DNA of 64,000 nucleotides from Octopus sinensis. Lineage: Eukaryota. Position 1 is the first letter of the stretch. Every line of letters starts with the position of its first letter. Positions 57,216-64,000 of the stretch are shown piece after piece. The notes beneath the pieces were generated by a model. It was not told the origin of the DNA. It saw only the letters and a program-made list of their open reading frames with translations, and did not search any database. Position numbers and translations under genes: made by a program. The stretch lies in contig NC_043002.1 in assembly GCF_006345805.1 (NCBI RefSeq), positions 60,326,001 through 60,390,000 of the forward strand. The letters run 5' to 3'.

Positions 57216-59055
57216 CTTCGTAATAAAGTGTAGATAAAAATGCACCGGAGTATTTAATCATCTGTTAAGTCACAGGGACCTCAAACAGATAATACTTTCC
57301 TTAAGATGTGCGCTGTGCCCAATAAGGATGCTTTTGCAAGACATCAAGCTTGCATGGGAATTCCGGTTGCCTTAAGAAGTCTTGAAGTTCCAATGGGATT
57401 GAGGTCAACACTCCGATCACCACTGGTATCACTTTTACATTATCCTGTCGCCTTCCATACAGTCTTGCCATTTCCACTTTCCATTCGGAGTACTTGCTGA
57501 TTTTCACTGCCTCTTTACTCACAACATTCATGTCATTTGGTATGGCTACATCAATGACCTGACAGTATTTGTCTCTCTTACTCAATATGACAATATCCGG
57601 CCGTCGGTGTTCGATTACACGATCTATCTGAAAAACATAGTCCCAGATTATAGTTATTTTTACATCTTCCTGCATAACTTTACTTGGTACATGCTCATAC
57701 CAGTTCTCTGATAGTTCATATTGGTATTTCCGGCATAAGAGCCAATGAAGACACACACGCACACACTTTATCGTGGCGGCTCTTGTATTCTTTTTGTTCA
57801 AGGCTCTCACATCTACTTAATAAGTGGGTCACATTTGCCAGACTCTTTCCACAAAGTCTAGATTTCTGGGTGTTAGAAGTTTTATAGATATTATACTTCA
57901 CTGAATTGGTAGCGAGAGCCTTGTGCAGCAATGGTGAAGCTTTCGGTGGTAAGCTTTAAATCACGTCGCCCAAGCCATGCCCACGATGCTCTGTTATCCT
58001 TAACGTCTTGTGTGTTCCTTTCAGTTCATGCATTCTCGTTTCAAGAAAGTTTTCTTTTCTCTTCTCCTCAGCTATTTGGTTAAACTCCTCCTTGCCCGTC
58101 ATTTCATCTGCATTACCCCCATACCTGTCGTGGCATATTTCAGCAGGTCTTCATCACCATTTATCGAATACTCGGAAAGTGATCTTCTTTCACTCCTTAT
58201 ACAATGGGATATTGGGAAACTAATTAATCCTCTGCCACCATTCTTTCTTTTCTTATACAGTCTTTTTACGGTTGCTTTAAGGTGTAGCGCCACATGCAGC
58301 GTCATACACTTTCTCGTCCTTCTATCCAGTGTTGATATTTCCTCCTTAGACTATTTGAGGATGGACGCACTATATCTGACCACCGCAACTGCCCGGATAT
58401 CCATTGCGGTAACGAAACTTTTGACATTCAGGTTGGAATTCAACACCATCTTGACCCTTTTTTGATACGTCTCGCTGACCTAGACTTTCATTTCTGTGTA
58501 GAATGTCATCCAGCTCCAAACACCCTAAATATCTATACTCACTACCGTCAAGTTCACCCATGTTCTCTTTTCATGGTAACCGCAATCCTCTGCAGGCTGC
58601 TTTCTTCCCTCTTTTCATATTAAGTACTGAGCATTTGGTAATCCCAAATTCCATATCGATGTTCCTACCATACTTCTGGACTGTATTGGTTAAGGAATCT
58701 GTCTGTTTTTCAGATTTCCCAAACAATTTCAGGTCATCCATAAACAGAAGATGGTTCAAAGATGGGCCTTCCTTCCCTCATCGGTAACCCATCTTAACCT
58801 TCCTAAGTGCCATTGCTATGTGTATTAGTGCAATTATAAAAAGTACCGCAGAAAACGAGTCAGCTTGGAAGATTCCCCCTTTTAATATTAACTTCTCCAA
58901 AGAATACATTACTTGAGTACAATTTGGTTTTCTACTCTTTCATACTATGCATCAGAAACTTTGTGATGCTGACTACAACACCAAACTTTTGCAGGCATTC
59001 AACGATCCAAGAATGAGGCATCGTATTATATACCTTCTAAAAGTCAATCTAAGGA

Positions 59056-59056
<1 letters not shown>
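57215..59056 (-). mobile_element. R4/Dong-like LINE, 3' part (RT C-half, Zn knuckle, RLE endonuclease, 3' UTR)
   Basis: PHSWIVECL, KRGIFQADS, HLLFMDDLKLF, YRYLG, RLYKKRKNGGRGL, RLC..H..C..RHD, IIWD..HRRPDIVI..VIDVAIP..KISKY. (TAA)n on both sides. Confidence 0.92.
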
Positions 59057-59095
<39 letters not shown>

Positions 59096-59142
59096 TATTA
59101 TTATTATTATTATTACTATTATTATTATTATTATCATTATTA

Positions 59143-59216
<74 letters not shown>

Positions 59217-59767
59217 GAGTGAGACAGCAGTGCATGCCATCAAAGTGACACTGGGGTAAAATATACAAAGCCCAGCATACCCATCATGACTACCCGTCTG
59301 TTAAGGGTACACCAGGCACATGCATCACAACCATATGTGCGCGACATGGTGATCTCATATCAAGATAAACAGCACATGATCTTGCAGGTGGGGCCCAGTT
59401 AGAATTTTCTTCAGGTCGAGTAGCCCATCCCACTCGAAAGGTCCCTGAATAAGTGTTGTTTAAGGATGTTGAACGAAACACCCATGTTCCAGAGGTGAAT
59501 TATTCAAACCCCAATAATCCCTCTCACACACGGCTATGTTGGTCCCCCACTACTTCTGCTCGTGATCAGAGATGCACGTATCGCCAGCCACTAAGGGACA
59601 TGCTCAACTGGTTATGGTCAAACAACTGACAAGCAAATATGTGGTATTGAGCAGAATATTTGCTGTAGCCCATCTTTTATACCAAGGCAAAACAATGTAC
59701 ATGATAACACTTCCAATCAGTTAAGATCAGAAGCCACGAGAGCCACTGCCTGGTACTGCATCAGGGC
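59217..59767. mobile_element. TAA-embedded non-coding repeat (~550 bp), copy in duplication unit 1
   Basis: gagtgagacagcagtgcatgcc...gtactgcatcagggc between (TTA)n arrays. Confidence 0.9.
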
Positions 59768-59840
<73 letters not shown>

Positions 59841-59842
<2 letters not shown>

Positions 59843-60207
59843 GTTTTTAACTTTTGCTTTGCATTTGTTGGCTCCAAGTCTCACCCAGAGACTTCAAGAG
59901 ACCAGTTAGAAGTTCATGTTGGTGTTATGCCTAGGGTGTCATATATTTGGTTTTGTACATAGTGTTCTTCTAGAGAATGTTTAAGAAACCATATGAAATT
60001 TGTTTTAAAATTTGAGATTACATAGACAGTATTTTACATAGGATATGGGCAGTTCCCATGAGCACTATCTTTTGAATTTCTGCCATTTTGGGGTTTCCTG
60101 GTATCTGAGCTAGGTAGCAATCAGCCCCTTTTGCTAGAATTCTTAGGGCGCCTAAGTCAACAGGCATTGTTTTAGTCTTCAGGTTCCACATTTTGCTAAT
60201 TATTGTT
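59841..60207 (-). mobile_element. 3' end of a second R4/Dong-like family, unit 1
   Basis: KMWNLKTKTMPVDLGAL..QKIVLMGTAHILCKILSM*, then 3' UTR and (TAA)n. Confidence 0.85.
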
Positions 60208-60350
60208 ACTACTACTACTACTACTACTACTACTATTACTACTATTACTACTATTACTACTACTACTACTATTACTACTACTACTACTAGTACTACTACT
60301 ACTACTACCACCACCACCACCACCACCTAAACCACCACTACTACTACTAT

Positions 60351-60394
<44 letters not shown>

Positions 60395-60464
60395 TTATTA
60401 TTATTATTATTATTATATTATTATTTATTATTATTATTATTATTATTATATTATTATTATTATT

Positions 60465-61018
60465 GAGTGAGACAGCAGTGCATGCCATCAAAGTGACACT
60501 GGGGTAAAATATACAAAGCCCAGCATACCCATCATGACTACCCGTCTGTTAAGGGTACACCAGGCACATGCATCACAACCATATGTGCGCGACATGGTGA
60601 TCTCATATCAAGATAAACAGCACATGATCTTGCAGGTGGGGCCCAGTTAGAATTTTCTTCAGGTCGAGTAGCCCATCCCACTCGAAAGGTCCCTGAATAA
60701 GTGTTGTTTAAGGATGTTGAACGAAACACCCATGTTTCCAGAGGTGAATTATTCAAACCCCAAATAATCCCTCTCAACACACGGCTATGTTGGTCCCCCA
60801 CTACTTCTGCTCGTGATCAGAGATGCACGTATCGCCAGCCACTAAGGGACATGCTCAACTGGTTATGGTCAAACAACTGACAAGCAAATATGTGGTATTG
60901 AGCAGAATATTTGCTGTAGCCCATCTTTTATACCAAGGCAAAACAATGTACATGATAACACTTCCAATCAGTTAAGATCAGAAGCCACGAGAGCCACTGC
61001 CTGGTACTGCATCAGGGC
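60465..61018. mobile_element. TAA-embedded non-coding repeat, copy in duplication unit 2
   Basis: Near-identical to 59217-59767. Confidence 0.9.
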
Positions 61019-61074
<56 letters not shown>

Positions 61075-61090
61075 TATTATTATTATTATT

Positions 61091-61457
61091 ATGTTTTTAA
61101 CTTTTGCTTTGCATTTGTTGGCTCCAAGTCTCACCCAGAGACTTCAAGAGACCAGTTAGAAGTTCATGTTGGTGTTATGCCTAGGGTGTCATATATTTGG
61201 TTTTGTACATAGTGTTCTTCTAGAGAATGTTTAAGAAACCATATGAAATTTGTTTTAAAATTTGAGATTACATAGACAGTATTTTACATAGGATATGGGC
61301 AGTTCCCATGAGCACTATCTTTTGAATTTCTGCCATTTTGGGGTTTCCTGGTATCTGAGCTAGGTAGCAATCAGCCCCTTTTGCTAGAATTCTTAGGGCG
61401 CCTAGTCAACAGGCATTGTTTTAGTCTTCAGGTTCCACATTTTGCTAATTATTGTTA
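61091..61457 (-). mobile_element. 3' end of second R4/Dong-like family, unit 2
   Basis: Near-identical to 59841-60207. Confidence 0.85.
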
Positions 61458-61593
61458 CTACTACTACTACTACTACTATACTACTATTACTACTATTACT
61501 ACTACTACTAGTACTACTACTACTACTACTACTAGTACTACTACTACTACTACCACCACCACCACCACCACCTAAACCACCACTACTACTACT

Positions 61594-61687
<94 letters not shown>

Positions 61688-61694
61688 TTTATAT

Positions 61695-63000
61695 AAAGAA
61701 TACGCTTCTTCTTCTAGTCATCCAATTAGGTACTGCTCCTCCAGTCTGTCAATCCTGAAGTTGTTCCCACTGTCTCCCATGTAAGCTATTAACTCTCTTT
61801 AACCAGTAGCCTTTGAACTATATCTTTTCCTGGGTCTTTCCAATTTGGCATACTTCCTAACACTTTGCTTATTAAAGCAGTAGTTAGTTTTAGAGACGGC
61901 TGCTTCTCACTAAGTACGTCTTCCATCACTTTCTTTAACCATGACGTATCACCATTATGATTAACTAGCATATCCCAAATATCACTCCAGCACATTTTAT
62001 CTTCTGCATTAGGTTTATCATCTTCTGTAGTTTCTTCTTCACTATTTATTTGGCGATAAAATTTCCTCTGGTCGGTCTCAAATACGCTGTTCTATTGATA
62101 GTGATCGATTATTTTCTCATATATGGAAAGTTTCCTTGCTATTGCTACGATACGCTGTTTCAACTTTTTCATGACTATTCCAAACCCTTTCTCTTTCACG
62201 AAATATTTTTTCTCAAGAGAAGATTTAAATCTTATTTTTCTTAACTAGTCCTGTTTTCTGGTTTCTATTCTGCTCAGATCTTGTCTCAAAGTTTTCCCTT
62301 TTTCTTTTCTCCTCTTCTACATCTGTTCCTTTCTTCAGAAATACCTATTCCGCAGGTAGCTGCTACCCCACCTGCATAAATCAATAACTTAGTGTCACCT
62401 ATATTTTTAGAATCTACCCTATTGATAACAGAATCAACTTGCCAAGAAATATCTAGCAATTTCCTTCCTTCTATTAACACATTTTAATGCTGCTAATTGT
62501 TTTCTTCCTTCTGTAATCATTGCTTCCTTCAGCTCATCTAAAATATTCTGATCTTTCTCGCTAAGGTCATTTCTATCAATTTGGATTTTCTGATTGGTTG
62601 TGCTATTATATTTTTTCTTATAGGCTCTTCTTTAGCTTAAATACTATCGCTTACGTTGTTTGATTTTTCTATTTGATTTCTCTTATTTAGCTCTCTCGTG
62701 ATGTCTTCTACCTCCAGTTCTGTCATCCAGTTTTTTCTCTTCAAAGCATTAGCCTGATCCACTAGTCTCTGCCCTGTTATTTCACACATTCCTTTGTTTT
62801 TCTTTACCAAAAGTACTAACATACGTTTTCTGCGACTACTTAATTTGGGTTCGCTTTCCAAGCAGCACTGCCTTACTATCCTGCGTCTTCTCCTGTCCAT
62901 TTCCTTCTCGAACCCCTGCTGAGCGAGAGGTTTTCTCTGAAATGTCCACTTCCATTTGTCCTGTTATCACTAGGGATTTTTACTGTAAACTCATGTCTCT
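61695..63000 (-). mobile_element. R4/Dong-like LINE, 5' part (N-terminal domain and start of RT)
   Basis: QRLVDQANALKRKNWMTELEVEDI, LLIYAG, WSDIWD..HN..WL, MPNWKDPGKD, GYWLK, PNWMT. Confidence 0.85.
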
Positions 63001-63209
63001 CATAACCTGAAATAAGGCAATATTCGTGTGTGTTTATATTTTGACAGCTTCACAATTCACCTGATATTGTTTTACCTTTCTTATTATCACCATTATTACC
63101 ATCATAATTATACTATTATCACCATCATCATCACTATCATTATTTTCGACATATGATCGTTTCAAATTTCTACTCCATCACTTTCTACACCTGCGTTTTT
63201 CTGAGCTGT

Positions 63210-63340
63210 GTGTCACCTATATTTTTAGTATCTATCTCATTGATAACAGAATCAACTTGTCTAGAAATATCTAGCAACTTCCTTATATTAACACATTTTA
63301 ATGCTGGTAATCGTTTGTTTCCTTCTGTATTCAATGCTCT
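63210..63340 (-). mobile_element. Short diverged fragment of the Dong-like N-terminal region
   Basis: Aligns to 62392-62520 (gtgtcacctatatttttag..ttgataacagaatcaactt..gaaatatctagcaa..aacacattttaatgctg). Confidence 0.75.
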
Positions 63341-63353
63341 TTGACATTTTTGT

Positions 63354-63574
63354 GGGGCACATGGCGTAGTGGTTAAGAGCGCGGACTACAAACCCCAAGA
63401 ATCCGAGTTCGATTCCTGGCAGTGACCTGAATAATAATAATAGTAATAACATCGAAAAATACCTTAGGAATGAGAACCCAGGATGAAGGCTAGAGGGTAT
63501 ATCAGCCGAAACGTTATGTTAACAACAAACAAGATGAGGACAAATATCCGTCAAACGTAAATAATATAAATAAT
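63354..63574 (+). mobile_element. tRNA-headed SINE with hammerhead motif, second copy
   Basis: A box TGGCGTAGTGG (63362), B box GAGTTCGATTCC (63405), short TAA spacer, GATGA AGGCT agagggtatatc AGCC GAAA CGT T ATGTT. Same tail as 37044-37336. Confidence 0.8.
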
Positions 63575-64000
63575 CTGTAGGCATATTTGTAGAATATAAT
63601 TTTCTTACTCTGATGCACTTGTTGGACCAGTGTTCGAATCGCATGGCGAGTAGCTTCATTTAGCCATAAATTCTGCTATAAAGCAAGTGGCAATCAAGCT
63701 ATGCATTGGCTATAAACAAATACACACATACGCACGCACACATCAGATTCTAGGGTTTATACCACAGTAAGGAATAGTGATTATTATTTCCATAATTTAT
63801 AGTCATTTCGTGTGTGTACATTACACCAAGTGTTTTGCATCATTTGTGAATATTATTTTCTGCTTGTTCATTCACTTAATTTACGTGAGTTTTGTACAAT
63901 TTACGAGATCATTCTAAATTTGGGATTTGTGTCATATAACTCTCATGTTTTCGATATTTATGACAAATTTGATAGCCTCTGCAGAGATTATTTATTGGTG

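Noticed and set aside
59700-59767. snRNA (U2) or 5S origin for the end of the 550-bp element
   Set aside because: Only a short partial resemblance. No Sm site or internal promoter boxes were found.
59217-61690. CRISPR-like or other prokaryotic repeat array
   Set aside because: Units are 1.25-kb eukaryotic retroelement composites with no repeat-spacer structure. The window has no prokaryotic features.
63354-63425. Genuine tRNA gene
   Set aside because: Has A/B boxes but no closed acceptor stem, and continues into a SINE body shared with 37044-37336.

Overview
AT-rich, microsatellite-dense animal genomic DNA. The SINE families and repeat landscape suggest an octopus or other cephalopod (inference from recall, not a database hit). 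No host gene can be confidently annotated, and almost every ORF in the supplied track is a microsatellite translation. The window is essentially all retroelements. (1) A Penelope-like element (PLE; RT + GIY-YIG) occurs as a 3.9-kb divergent inverted duplication at 21245-25110, nested inside the internal microsatellite of a split SINE. (2) About ten minimal type I hammerhead-ribozyme (HHR) motifs are present: in the PLE 3' ends, in short PLE-like remnants, and in a tRNA-headed SINE that has a 9-bp TSD (37044-37336; second copy 63354-63574). (3) A cluster of R4/Dong-like (restriction-like endonuclease) LINEs and a ~550-bp non-coding companion element sits in (TAA)n arrays at 57-63 kb, and includes a 1.25-kb tandem duplication. 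(4) There is also a decayed L1/Tx1-clade LINE, an internally deleted mariner, and at least four tRNA-derived SINE families (my labels A-D). The most promising lead is the tRNA-SINE/hammerhead chimera together with the HHR network. Most element boundaries are approximate to within about 10-30 bp.
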